Source of the DNA: Naegleria gruberi
Taxonomy: Eukaryota
Strand: one strand, 5' to 3'
Assembly: GCA_000004985.1 (NCBI GenBank)
Contig: GG738852.1
DNA length: 64,000 nucleotides
This document shows, piece after piece, positions 53,886 to 64,000 of the stretch. The number at the start of each line of letters is the position of its first letter. The stretch's first letter is position 1. The notes beneath the pieces are model-generated. The model was not told the origin of the DNA and made no database searches. It saw only the letters and a program-made list of their open reading frames with translations. The position numbers were made by a program, and so were the translations under genes.

Positions 53886-54401
53886 TTGTGTAATTTAGAA
53901 CCTCTTAATTTTGGAAAATTATTGGAAAACAGGAAACTTTACAACTCATCAAATGAATCATCATTGGAAAATGTTGATTCTTACTTGCCAGCAACATATA
54001 GGGTTGATTTGATGCACTTGTTGTTGAATGGAAAGAAGGGCAATACTGAAAGTGAACCACTTAGTTTGGTAGATCCCCACCTATTTCTACAACCAATTCA
54101 TGCCATTCAATTTTTAAAAGAACATATCATTGATTTGAGTAAGGTTATGGACACAGCCACAACAGAAATTGAACGTTCTGAATGGATTGATAAATACAGT
54201 GAGGAATATAGAATATTCATATCAACAATTCATGAAAAATCAATCACTCCACCAAAGCAAGTAGACCTCTTCTTCCATTTACACATGTTGCACCCAAACA
54301 ATTTCATTCAAGATTGTCAAAGATTGGCCAAATCCATTAAGGAACACCAATTTAATTTTGAATGGCAGAAAAACGAAGCTTCTCGGGAGTATGATGAATA
54401 A
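53886..54401 (+). CDS. Hypothetical ORF downstream of F-box gene (possibly a 3' exon of it)
   Basis: 171-codon ORF beginning at TTG, 22 nt after the upstream stop. First Met ~residue 43. No clean GT..AG joining to the F-box ORF was found. Confidence 0.25.
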   Translation: MCNLEPLNFGKLLENRKLYNSSNESSLENVDSYLPATYRVDLMHLLLNGKKGNTESEPLSLVDPHLFLQPIHAIQFLKEHIIDLSKVMDTATTEIERSEWIDKYSEEYRIFISTIHEKSITPPKQVDLFFHLHMLHPNNFIQDCQRLAKSIKEHQFNFEWQKNEASREYDE

Positions 54402-54499
54402 GCCATCATCTCATTAAATTCTTCTCCATTATCATCAACTCTTGAATATTTAATTAAAATTAATATTTTAAAATTTTGTATTAAAAAAATTAAAAAAAA

Positions 54500-55918
54500 A
54501 TGGCGCGTATTGAAAATGTGCAATCAGCATTCACCTCTAGTTTTCAACAAATTCTCGAGATGGGCAATATAAAAGATCCCAATCTGGAGAGGGCTCTTGA
54601 GTTGTTGCGAGAAAAAATTATTCTTCAAGGATTACCTTCGGAATCATTGGTAGGTTGTTTTCCGATGATGATTTGTTATTTAATAATCGGAAAGAAACAC
54701 AAAGATGCCATCTTGTTGGGAAAGTATGATGAAAAGTGTGAGGATTGTACTCTGAGATTCATGTTGGAAAAGTGTGATTATAAACGTGTTTTGGAATGTG
54801 AGGAAAAAGGTGATACAACAGAATTGTTGGAGAGTATTAAAAATTTTGAAAGGAAGAGATTTCAATATGAAGATGAATGGGATAAGGAAATGGAAAATAA
54901 TACATGTTTTAAATGTCAAAAATTAATTGCTGATAATAGTATTAGAAGAAGAGTGTGGCTTGCTTTATTACGGATAAAACAAGTTGATTTGGATCATTAT
55001 GTGACACTTGTAAAACAAGGATCACAAGCTGAGGACTATGAATCTTTCTTGAGAGATGTTGATAGAACTATTGGATATTTTCCTGTATGTACAATATATT
55101 TGGAGAATGTTCTGACATAATATTCATTTGTGAAACTTAGCATTTAAAAAGAAGTGGAATTTCAAAAAATAGACAAGAAACACTCAAATATGTATTATAT
55201 AAGAAAATGAAAAGAGTTATCAATAGTTTCCTCCTAACATACGGACACAAGTTTAGTTTTATTCAAGGAATGACTGTTATTTGTACATTTTTGCTCATGC
55301 ACATGTCAGAAGTGGAAGCCTTCTATTTCTTTGAGAGATTGATCACTAAAGTTTTTCCAACGTATGTGAATCCAGCTCAAAGAGTGGGCAATTCTTCAGG
55401 TAATAGTGCTGAGAAGGGTATTGAAGGAGTTTATGCTGCCTGTTACTTACTTGATCAATTGATGAAAGATCATGATCCAGAGCTTTTCAAAATTTTATCT
55501 CCATCCAAATTATGGGCTTTTGCATGTAAGTTGAAATGCTTATTAATTGGAATTCAAGTCTAAATGTTTTTTATTAGATATTAAGGCAATAATGTGTGCT
55601 ATGAGTGACGTACAAAAAACAGCAGTGTATTGGGATTTCTTCATGGCAACAGGTTTTCATATGATTGTATTGTGTGTTTTTGGCATGGTGAAAGTTGAAC
55701 GAGAAAAAATCATTGCTCATTTCAAAAAAGAGAAGGACTCTATGAAAACTATTACATTTATCAAAGATGAAATCATTCCAAACTCTGACCCACAAAAGGT
55801 GATAACAGAGGCTTGCAATACCATGGAGTGTGTGAGTGAAAATTTTTACGATCTTCTTGTGCGTCATACTACAGACCTAGCTCTTTGTATTGACCTGAAA
55901 AACAAAACTGTTAAATAA
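54500..55918 (+). CDS. TBC-domain Rab GTPase-activating protein; 3 exons
   Basis: join(54500..55084,55141..55525,55578..55918). Exon 1 has the arginine-finger motif RRRVWLALLRI...RDVDRTIGYFP. Donor CCT|GTATGT, then a 56-nt intron. Exon 2 has the glutamine-finger motif FSFIQGMTVICTFLL. Donor T|GTAAGT, then a 52-nt intron, phase 1. Exon 3 ..IKAIMCAMSD..WDFFMATGF. Both junctions restore the track ORF frames exactly. Confidence 0.75.
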
Positions 55919-55922
55919 ATTA

Positions 55923-57050
55923 TTATTGGTCAATTTCCTTTAAAATCTTATCAATTTGTTGTGTTTCAGAGGAGGCATCACCGAGTAAGTCATCTTCATC
56001 GTCATTATTTTCATTATCGCTCATTTCTCCAAATTCATCATCTGAGGAAAATTCTTTCAGATCACTTGTCTTTTCACTTGGGGAAATAAGCTCCTCATCT
56101 ACAAGTCCCAATTTCTTCTTTCTATATTCTTCTAATTTCTTCATTTCTGCTTTGGTTAACTCTTTAATCTTGGTCAATTTTTCTTTCACTTCACTTGACA
56201 TTTCACTCTCCTCACAAAAGAAATTTTCAAAAATGATATGTCTGAAACATTGTAACAGAATCATCTTATCTTGTGAAATTTCTTGTGTCAGCAAGTTTTT
56301 GATTAATGATTTCGATCTCATTTCCTCACCTTCTTCATCATTGTCATCTCTCTTATCCTTTTCAATACCCATAACTTTGAGAAGTGATTTTACCTTTTCA
56401 GAGGCACCTACAATAATTTCACCTTTTTGTCTTCTCTCAGCAAGTACCTTTTCCTTTTCAATAATATGCTTTTTAGTTGGAAAGTTCTTTCTACGTTCCT
56501 CTCTATACTTTTCAATATCCTCTGGTGTTTCCATTGGTTTTTTGTAAAGCATTGAAAAGATTGGATTCTTGTAATTCTTTTTGTAATCTTGCAAAAATTT
56601 GATATATTCAGGAATATTTTCCTCATTCAAATCACCCTTATTTCCATCCTGTGAATCATGTTCATTATTTTCTGAAGAGGAGGAAGAGGCAGTTGCAACT
56701 TCATTTTCAATTTTTGGTTCCTTTGACTTGTTTTCCTCAGAATCATCCTCTGCAACCACTTCAGAAGCGTCTCTTTTTCTGTAATTATCTCTTGGTTTAT
56801 AGTGCCCTCCACGTCCTCCTCCGTGATGATGATGATTATTTCCTCTGTAGTGTCCTCCTCTTCCATTGCCTCTGTATGAATGACCACCTCCACGTCCACC
56901 ACCACCTCGAGCTAAACCTCCTCTTCCTGCACTATACATTGCTTGTAACCATGCTTGAGGATGTACCTTTTTTCCTTCCGAAGAAGCATTGCTTGATGAT
57001 GCTGATTCGGATGTCGTCTTGTTTGTTGAATTTGGTTTTTGTTCACTCAT
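55923..57050 (-). CDS. RGG-box / K,E-rich nucleolar-type protein (hypothetical)
   Basis: N-terminal RGG/GRGG repeats (ARGGGGRGGGHSYRGNGRGGHYRGNNHHHHGGGRGGHY). Acidic S-rich region. K/E-rich coiled-coil C-terminus. The stop lies 4 nt from the stop of the convergent TBC gene. Confidence 0.45.
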   Translation of the reverse strand: MSEQKPNSTNKTTSESASSSNASSEGKKVHPQAWLQAMYSAGRGGLARGGGGRGGGHSYRGNGRGGHYRGNNHHHHGGGRGGHYKPRDNYRKRDASEVVAEDDSEENKSKEPKIENEVATASSSSSENNEHDSQDGNKGDLNEENIPEYIKFLQDYKKNYKNPIFSMLYKKPMETPEDIEKYREERRKNFPTKKHIIEKEKVLAERRQKGEIIVGASEKVKSLLKVMGIEKDKRDDNDEEGEEMRSKSLIKNLLTQEISQDKMILLQCFRHIIFENFFCEESEMSSEVKEKLTKIKELTKAEMKKLEEYRKKKLGLVDEELISPSEKTSDLKEFSSDDEFGEMSDNENNDDEDDLLGDASSETQQIDKILKEIDQ

Positions 57051-57150
57051 TTTTTTATTTGAAGTTTTTCATATAATTGAGTTTATTGCTAATGCTCTGA
57101 ATTAATGTTGATTTTAATAAATTGAAAATTAAATTACATTTATTCTTGTA

Positions 57151-60100
57151 TTAGTACAACTTAGAGAATAAACCCTTTTTAACAGGTATTCTATTATTAT
57201 TACTTGCTGATCCAGGTGTTTGAGAACTCATTGGTCTTGCCTTTTGGATAGGACTGGGGGTGTCTCTACTGAAAGAGATGTTATCAAGTGGTGAGGCTGT
57301 CAATGAGGATGTGTTTAATCCAGGTGATCTTGGTGACATTACTGGTATTCCGTCAACCAAAGACTTGCTCATATCCATGCTTGAACTAGATACATTCATT
57401 GGTCCAGCAGAGAATACACCGGTAATCTTTTGTTTGAGTTTTTGAAGTTGGTATTCATACTCTTCTTGTTCCTTCTTATTAACAAGATAATCTTGTTGCA
57501 ATTGAGCTTTTTGTTCCAGTTTGGTATTTTGGAATTTCTTGTTCAAATCCTCCGATTCGATTTGAAGTTGTCTTTCCATTTCCCACATTTGTCTTTCGTA
57601 TTCTAAACGCTTAGATCTTTCCTTCTTTTCATTATCAACTTCTCTCCATATTTCTCTCGATTTTTCATTTCTAATCTTTTGAAGCAATGTCTTTCTAATT
57701 TCTTCTCTTCTCTTTTCCTTATCAACCTCCCATTGCAAGTGAGCTTGCTTTTCGATGACTTGAACCTCTTCTTCTTGCTTCTTTTGGAGGAGTTTTCTCT
57801 TTTGTTGCTCCAAATACTCTTTTTTACATTGGATCATATCATCTTTTTCTGCTCTTATCAATGCCTTTCTAGCAATTGCTTTCTTTTCTCTATCATACAT
57901 TAAGACAGCCTTCTTGAGATGTTGTTGTTGCTTGACTTTTTCAGATTCTTCAACCTTTCTGAGCTTTTGCTTCTCCAGCTCCTTCTTAAAGAGTTTTTGT
58001 TGCTCTTCCCTTAAAATTTCTTGCATAATACTTTCCCATTGTTTCTTTTCCCAATCAAGTCTCTCTTGCTCTAACTTGATACGAGCAGTTTCTGCTACTC
58101 GGAGAAGATCTTGATCCTTTTGTTGCTTGGATTTTTTCTCAAGATCGAGTTTTTCAACAGCAGATTGTTTTCTCTTTTCTGCTTCAAGTTCAACTCTTTC
58201 CTTTTCTCTTCTTCTTGCCTCCATTTGTTCCCTTCTTTCTTGGATACGTTGTTGTTTCTCAACTGCCAATCTTTGATTTTCTCGTTCAATAAGACTGGCC
58301 TTTCTTCTCTCGAGCTCTTCTTTGAGGAGAGCCTTTCGTTCTTCCTCCATCTTGATACGTTCCTTTTCTTGTTGCTCCTTCTCTGCTCTTTCCTTTTCTA
58401 ATTTTTCTCTTTCAATTCTTTGGAGTTCAAGCATTCTTTCCTTTTGCTTGGCTTTAAGGATTTCGAGCTTTCTCTTTTCCAACTCCTTAGCTTCTCTCTT
58501 TTCTCTTTCAATCTTTTCTTGCTCCACACGAAGTTTTTCAATTCGTTCTCTTTCTTCTCTTTCTTTTTCTTCTCTTTCTCTTCGCTCTTTTTCCTCCTTT
58601 TCTCTCTTTTCTTGTTCTATCTTTTCTCTTTCCTTCTTGTCTTGCAAGATTCTCTCAAAGATTTCCTTATTCTTCTCGTATTCTTCCTTCTCTTTCTTAA
58701 TTCTAATCTGTTCTCTAATCTTTCTAGCGACACATCTTCCAAGGAAACCTCTGCCAACTCTTTGCATTTTTATAATGTACTTTTCAAGCTTTTTGTTTCT
58801 TGCTGATTCTAACATTTTGTAAGTATCCGACTTTAAAAATACCTTAGTCTTACCGACTTGGACCTTGTCCTTTCCAAGACTTAAAGAAGAAATAATCTTT
58901 TCTGATGAACTCTTAAAATCAGTACTGGATCCCTCTCCAATAATAACATTATACTTATTAAAGAAGAGTTCATGAGGAATTCTCACACTGTAACCTTCCT
59001 TTCTAATTCTAATAGTTTCCAAAACACCAGACGAGTTCAATTGTTTGACAACTTCTGCATTGCTGAACAATCCAGGTTTCTTAGCAGGGTGAGGTTTGAT
59101 GGTTCTGATCCAATGTGGAGAGGTACTATTAATCAAGTCTAGCAATTCGATCAATTGCTTCTTGAAAGATCCAGTTACGGTAGATGGTTTCTTGTCCTTC
59201 TTATTGGAAGTGAAATCCTTCTTTTCTGGACAAATAGTCTTTGCAACAAACTCAATCTTACTTTGACTAATGATATCAATAATGTCATCTCTCAAAATAT
59301 CCTTATTTTTTTCAATCCAATCCTTAATATTATATTTAACTTCTCCAGCATAGTGCTTGACTGCGAATTCTTCTTTCCACAATGGTGCATGAATAAAGTA
59401 CTCGTGTGATTTGTAAGTTTGAGTAATCATTTCAAAAAATTTCTGATCTGTTGCTGACTGAAGTGCACTTTGGTCGTCAAGTACCTTCAAAATACCAGAC
59501 TTTGAACCTTGAATCATATCGAGACAAGGTTGATTATCCTTAAAGGTGACTTCTGTGACATCGATTCCTTCATTTTCACATTCCTTCTTATCTCTTTTAA
59601 ATGTGTAAGAGTTGTAGTGAGCTTGAAGTGCTTCATTGGCAAAATTGATACAAAATTGTTCGAATGTGTTGAATTCAAACTTTTCAAACCCAAAGATATC
59701 CAACAAGCCAATAAAGCTGGTGTAATCATTAGAGTTGGTATTGTCGTTAATTTTTGCAACCAACCAATCAAACATATTAGAATATAAATTTTTGGATAAG
59801 GCATCTCTCGAATCAGAGGCAGCTTCTGGGGTGAGTGGAGACTCGAAAATTTTAGCCATGACAGCATAAGTCTTGACTGTTAAGGCCTTCTTCAAAGCAG
59901 CAGGTTCAATTTGTAACAATGTACAAGCTTTCTTGAGAGGCTCATCATTTTCCAAGGTTGATCCAGTGTCTTCATTTGGAATTTTGACAAATTTGATATT
60001 TTGAAGATGTAAAATTGCAGCACACACTTTAAAAACAGTATCTCTAATCTCATCCTCAAACCCAATGACCTTAAAGGCGTTTACCATGGCATGAAAATCA

Positions 60101-61167
60101 GAAACATCGTCAATAGTGTCCACTTTGAAACAATTTCCTTTCATGATACTGTCATAATCTTGAGCTTTAGTTAAGAAGAGTTCCTTCTTTTTTGCTTCAT
60201 CCATACCAGCAAGCATTTGATAGAAAATGTGATATGATCTTTCATTAGGTCCCTGCTTCATTAAACGGGATTTTTCCAACAAGTCTATTTCCATGTTAAT
60301 TAATTGAATCCAAACCAAACTTACAGTTTTCTGTGACGGCACCCTTAATGATACCATGTGAGTCAAATTGAAGTTTAATAAATTTACCAAATCTAGAAGA
60401 GTTATCATTGTTCTTTGTTTTAGCGTTACCAAAAGCTTCTAGAATTGGAGAAGCTTGTTGAATTTTAGAACTCATCCCATCCGCCACACTCTTAACATTA
60501 GGATCGTTTGTCATTGTTGATGAAAGTTTACATAAATATTTGATAACAGATTTACAGGCCTCAGTTTTACCTATTAAATTTGATATTAAAAGTGATCAAA
60601 ATACTTAATGAAAAATTAAAACTTACCAGCACCACTTTCACCTGAAATTAGCAAGGTTTGATTTCCTTCCCCTCCTTTCATTGCTCTGTAGGCTCGGTCG
60701 GCAATTTGCCAACAATGTGGATTTAAGCCCTTCTTTCTCTCGACGTAATTAATCATGAATTCATCCTTACAGTATGGGATGGTCCACTTGAACGGATTGA
60801 GGGAGATGATAAGACCTCCAATAAATGTATAAATTTTGTCTTCCTTGAAACGGTTTTGAACACAATACAGCAATGATGATTCGTTAAGTTCAATCAAATC
60901 CAGCAAGTCATCATTCACTGCAGTTAATATATCTTCTTTGTACATGTTGAGATCACTTTCGGTAACCCAGGCATCTTCAACACCTTGCGATGAGCAAAGG
61001 TAAGGCGTTGGAATTTTGTTTGTTTGCTTCTTTTCATCAATATCCTTAATATTACCTATAACCCATGAGTGAACAGGATGATTAAATAAAACCTTAGCAC
61101 CCTTTTCCCAACTTGTGGATTTTGCAGCAGCAGGTTTTGCTACTAATGTTGAAGCCCTAGGTGGCAT
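57151..61167 (-). CDS. Unconventional myosin heavy chain with long E/R/K-rich single-alpha-helix/coiled-coil region; 3 exons
   Basis: join(61167..60627,60570..60325,60284..57151). Exon 1 ends at the P-loop GESGAG|GTAAGT. A 56-nt intron follows. Exon 2 (G)[12 protein letters not shown]...[15 protein letters not shown] (switch I). Donor T|GTAAGT, then a 40-nt intron. Exon 3 [23 protein letters not shown]...switch II DIFGFE...IQ motif...~450 aa of E/K/R repeats...S/P-rich tail. Confidence 0.85.
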
Positions 61168-61371
61168 TAAATATTTTTTCTTTGATAAATAATAACTGTA
61201 AAACCGTTACATTTATCAAAAAGAAGCGATCCGATTTACAGTTTAAATCTAAAACTACTAGTATGTAAGTGTAACGAGATCTGTTTATGAAAAGAAAAAA
61301 CCACAAATCCTGTTTTGATTCTTGTTCAATTATTGATTTCAATTTAAAATTAATTATTCAAGAATAAAAAA

Positions 61372-62151
61372 ATGAATTGTTTACATTCTCTAGTGTCGTC
61401 AGCATCATCAGATCAGGATTGTTATCATGGCAATGATGATCATCATAGTGGAATGATAACTCTGAGGTTTGGAAAGGATTATTTTTTAGATTGCAATAAA
61501 GAATCAACATTAGAACCAATTTTAAACGAATTGTGTAAATTAATTGTAAATTTAGAATCGGGACTTGGTGATGACAACAAGAATAATTTAATTAATATTG
61601 TCAGGGAACAATCTTTTTATTTTGCACACCTGCCACAAAAACCACTCAGAACAAATATTCCAATTTATCATTATTTGGATGGATTTAATTTGGAATTTGT
61701 GGAATTACGTAGTTTTTATTTGGATGGATTATTTGGACTTGTTGGTGGTAAAGGTGGTTTCGGAAGTTTGCTTAGGCAACAAAAGTCAAAGAAGAAAACC
61801 ACCAATTTCAGTGCCATGAGAGATTTGAGTGGCAAAAGATTTAAACAAGTAACTGATAGATTGAAATTGAAATCATGGACTGAATTAATGGAAAAGAGAA
61901 AACAAGAATTTAAGGAAAAGAAAGAAAAGGAAAGAGCTGAAAAGATGGAAAAACTTAGAGAAAAACTCAATGAGCAAAGATTACTCATTCGTGAAAAGGA
62001 GGAACAAGTAGCATCAGCTGTTAAAATTGCACTTGCTGAACAATCAAAAGTGGTATCAGGTCAATCGAAAGCTCCAGCCACAACAGCTAATAAGAGAAAG
62101 TCCAAATTTGATCACGATTTGGGTTCTGATGACTCTGATGAAGAAATATAA
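61372..62151 (+). CDS. SDE2: SDE2 homolog (ubiquitin-fold N-terminus with GG|KGGFGS processing site)
   Basis: GLVGGKGGFGSLLRQQKSKKKTTNFSAMRDLSGKRFKQV matches the SDE2 UBL-end diglycine/KGGFGS motif, followed by a K/E-rich helical C-terminus. ATG start. Confidence 0.65.
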   Translation: MNCLHSLVSSASSDQDCYHGNDDHHSGMITLRFGKDYFLDCNKESTLEPILNELCKLIVNLESGLGDDNKNNLINIVREQSFYFAHLPQKPLRTNIPIYHYLDGFNLEFVELRSFYLDGLFGLVGGKGGFGSLLRQQKSKKKTTNFSAMRDLSGKRFKQVTDRLKLKSWTELMEKRKQEFKEKKEKERAEKMEKLREKLNEQRLLIREKEEQVASAVKIALAEQSKVVSGQSKAPATTANKRKSKFDHDLGSDDSDEEI

Positions 62152-62176
62152 ATGCAATTGTGGATAATGTGATATT

Positions 62177-63982
62177 TTACTTTCTCTTCTTCTTTTCTGT
62201 TAACATTTCAATCTTATCCTTTTGTCTTTGTTCCTTAATTGACAAGTCTCCATGAGACTTGGTTGAGAGATCACGTAATTTCACAAGTTTGTCAGGTACG
62301 TCTTGTTCAGCTTCTTCCAAAACCTTGATAAGAGGAGTACACAATTGAACATCTTCTGGTGTGAAGAATGAAACAGAGTTACCTTCCTTTCCAGCTCTAC
62401 CAGTTCTACCAATTCTATGGATATATGAGTCAATTTCGTGTGGCATATCATAATTGATAACATATTTCACATTTTCCACATCCAAACCTCTAGCAGCAAC
62501 ATCAGTGGCGACGAGAATAGGTGTCTTTCCACTTCTGAATTCTTCCAAAACCCATTCTCTTTCTTCTTGCTTTCTTTCACCGTGAATACTGAGTGATGGC
62601 CACCCAGCTTCTCTCAATCTCTCTGTCACAACATCAGTTCTCTTCTTTGTTTTACAAAATACTAATGTTCTGCAATCCTCTGGATTCTTAATTAATTTAT
62701 CTAATAAATCTGTCAATCTGGCAATCTTGTCTGATTCTTGAATAAATAAAAATGATTGTTTAACTCTGTGATTTGCTGATGTTTCTATGGAACCTATATT
62801 TACAATAAAATGTGGCTCTGCCTTACTAACATATGACATGGCCATGGATTGGACAGATCTATTCCAAGTAGCACTGAAAAATAATGTTTGTCTATCTGGA
62901 GTAACTTGAGATGTAATTTGTGAAATTTGTGGATTGAAACCCATATCCAACATTCTATCAGCTTCATCCAAAACAAGATATGAGCATCGTTTCATGTTTG
63001 TAATACCTGCCTGTAAAAAGTCAAGAAGTCTACCAGGTGTAGCAATGATAACTTGTGGTTTGGATCTACATTCCTTGATTTGAGTCTTTCTAACTTCACC
63101 ACCATAGAGACAGGCAATTTTCAAAGCTCTATCCTTACTATCTGGAACGAAAGCATTGCAAAAGTTTTCACAAGCTCCATGAATTTGGATGGCCAATTCT
63201 CTGGTTGGTGTCAAAATAACCATAATTGGTCCATCTCCTTTCTTTAATTCCTTTTGTGCCAAAACATGCATCAAACCTGGTAATAAAAAGGCCAATGTTT
63301 TACCACTACCTGTTTCAGCAAGACCAATCATATCATTTCCACTCATAACAATTGGCCATGCTTGTTTTTGAATAGCTGTTGGTTCTTTGAAATTCATTTC
63401 CTTAAATTGATTTTGAATAAAGTGTGGGAAATTGATATGATTAAATTGTGTAATTGGCTTTGGAATTGGAGCACCTTTACGTGAGCAGAATGCTTTAATA
63501 TCTTCCTTGTTTCTAATTTCATCTTCATTAGTCATTTTCTTAATATCTGGATGTTCAACATATGGAATTTTAACAATATTCAAATCTTCAAAATCTGTTG
63601 GAGTTTCCAATTCAAAATTATAAAAATTATTTAGTAAATCCTCCTTCTTTTTTGTTGGTTTTGATTTAGATTCTCCTAATTGTGCAAGAAATTCTTCATC
63701 TTGTTCAATTGTGTCTTCAACAACTTCCTTTTGTTTTTCCTCCCTTTTTAGCTTTTTGGATTTTTTCTTTTCCTTCCTATCCTTCCTTTTTGGTTTAGCT
63801 TTTTCTAATTGTTCTTGTTCTTGTTGTTGCTGTTGTTGTATTTGTTCAGGAGTCATCAGTGATTTGAATTCCTTTGGTGGGTTTTTCTCTACCACTACTG
63901 GTTCTTCATATTCTTCCGATTTTCTCTTTCCGAGCAAGGAACGAGCTGATGATAATTTTTCCTTTAGTTTTTGGCTTTTCAT
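62177..63982 (-). CDS. DEAD-box ATP-dependent RNA helicase (DDX5/Dbp2-like) with K/E-rich N-terminal extension
   Basis: Track ORF runs to the window edge (TTG at 64000); first ATG ~63982 (MKSQKLK). Q-motif FKEPTAIQ. Motif I AETGSGKT. Ia PTRELA. II DEAD. III SAT. V/VI ARGLD, HRIGRTGRAG. The stop lies 25 nt from the convergent SDE2 stop. Confidence 0.85.
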   Translation of the reverse strand: MKSQKLKEKLSSARSLLGKRKSEEYEEPVVVEKNPPKEFKSLMTPEQIQQQQQQEQEQLEKAKPKRKDRKEKKKSKKLKREEKQKEVVEDTIEQDEEFLAQLGESKSKPTKKKEDLLNNFYNFELETPTDFEDLNIVKIPYVEHPDIKKMTNEDEIRNKEDIKAFCSRKGAPIPKPITQFNHINFPHFIQNQFKEMNFKEPTAIQKQAWPIVMSGNDMIGLAETGSGKTLAFLLPGLMHVLAQKELKKGDGPIMVILTPTRELAIQIHGACENFCNAFVPDSKDRALKIACLYGGEVRKTQIKECRSKPQVIIATPGRLLDFLQAGITNMKRCSYLVLDEADRMLDMGFNPQISQITSQVTPDRQTLFFSATWNRSVQSMAMSYVSKAEPHFIVNIGSIETSANHRVKQSFLFIQESDKIARLTDLLDKLIKNPEDCRTLVFCKTKKRTDVVTERLREAGWPSLSIHGERKQEEREWVLEEFRSGKTPILVATDVAARGLDVENVKYVINYDMPHEIDSYIHRIGRTGRAGKEGNSVSFFTPEDVQLCTPLIKVLEEAEQDVPDKLVKLRDLSTKSHGDLSIKEQRQKDKIEMLTEKKKRK

Positions 63983-64000
63983 TTTTTTTTTGAAGTTCAA

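Noticed and set aside
57260-58822. Several 60–170-codon plus-strand ORFs antisense to the myosin tail (S/F/L-rich products)
   Set aside because: They come from reverse-complement reading of the GAA/AAG-rich coiled-coil region. Low-complexity artefacts.
1-64000. Prokaryotic/viral interpretation (operons, CRISPR, defence islands)
   Set aside because: The window has spliceosomal introns with GTAAGT donors, an intron-containing tRNA-Tyr, eukaryote-only families (cyclin, MCM, myosin, katanin, OTUB1, SDE2, F-box, kelch, serpin), mixed strand orientation with AT-rich promoters, and no Shine-Dalgarno or direct-repeat arrays.

Overview
This 64-kb window reads as compact, AT-rich (about one-third GC) eukaryotic nuclear DNA, not a prokaryotic or viral locus. 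Genes sit on both strands with short AT-rich spacers, and poly-Q/N/S low-complexity tracts are encoded by CAA/AAT/TCA runs. Several track ORFs only make sense when joined across spliceosomal introns with GTAAGT-type donors and YAG acceptors. Most of these introns are 39–56 nt; a few are 67–155 nt. The gene content is a typical protist, amoebozoan/dictyostelid-like mix of cell-cycle, cytoskeletal, signalling and ubiquitin-pathway genes, but the taxon cannot be confirmed from sequence alone. I support about 36 protein-coding genes and one intron-containing tRNA-Tyr. There is no CRISPR, rRNA, operon structure or recognisable transposon. The most unusual region is 28.9–36.3 kb on the minus strand. 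It holds a seven-exon gene for a secreted NHL-repeat/tenascin-type EGF protein, followed immediately by a ~4-kb ORF encoding a large ectodomain with a GPS/GAIN autoproteolysis motif, one TM helix and a complete Ser/Thr kinase. The two are separated by a ~300-bp segment that encodes EGF repeats on the opposite strand. This could be a local inversion, or one giant NHL–EGF–GAIN/GPS–kinase receptor whose continuity is broken. Other notable items are E2F-like GGCGGGAAA/TTGGCGCCAAAA boxes at the promoters of the MCM and katanin-like AAA-ATPase genes, a tandem pair of spliced 7TM receptor-like paralogs, an F-box–Ras-like-GTPase fusion, a multi-TerD–C2 protein, a divergent myristoylated ARF-like pseudo-GTPase, and an 18-bp perfect hairpin. 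Coordinates of splice junctions were derived by hand and may be off by 1–2 nt. ORF-track starts that use TTG/GTG were moved to the first plausible ATG.
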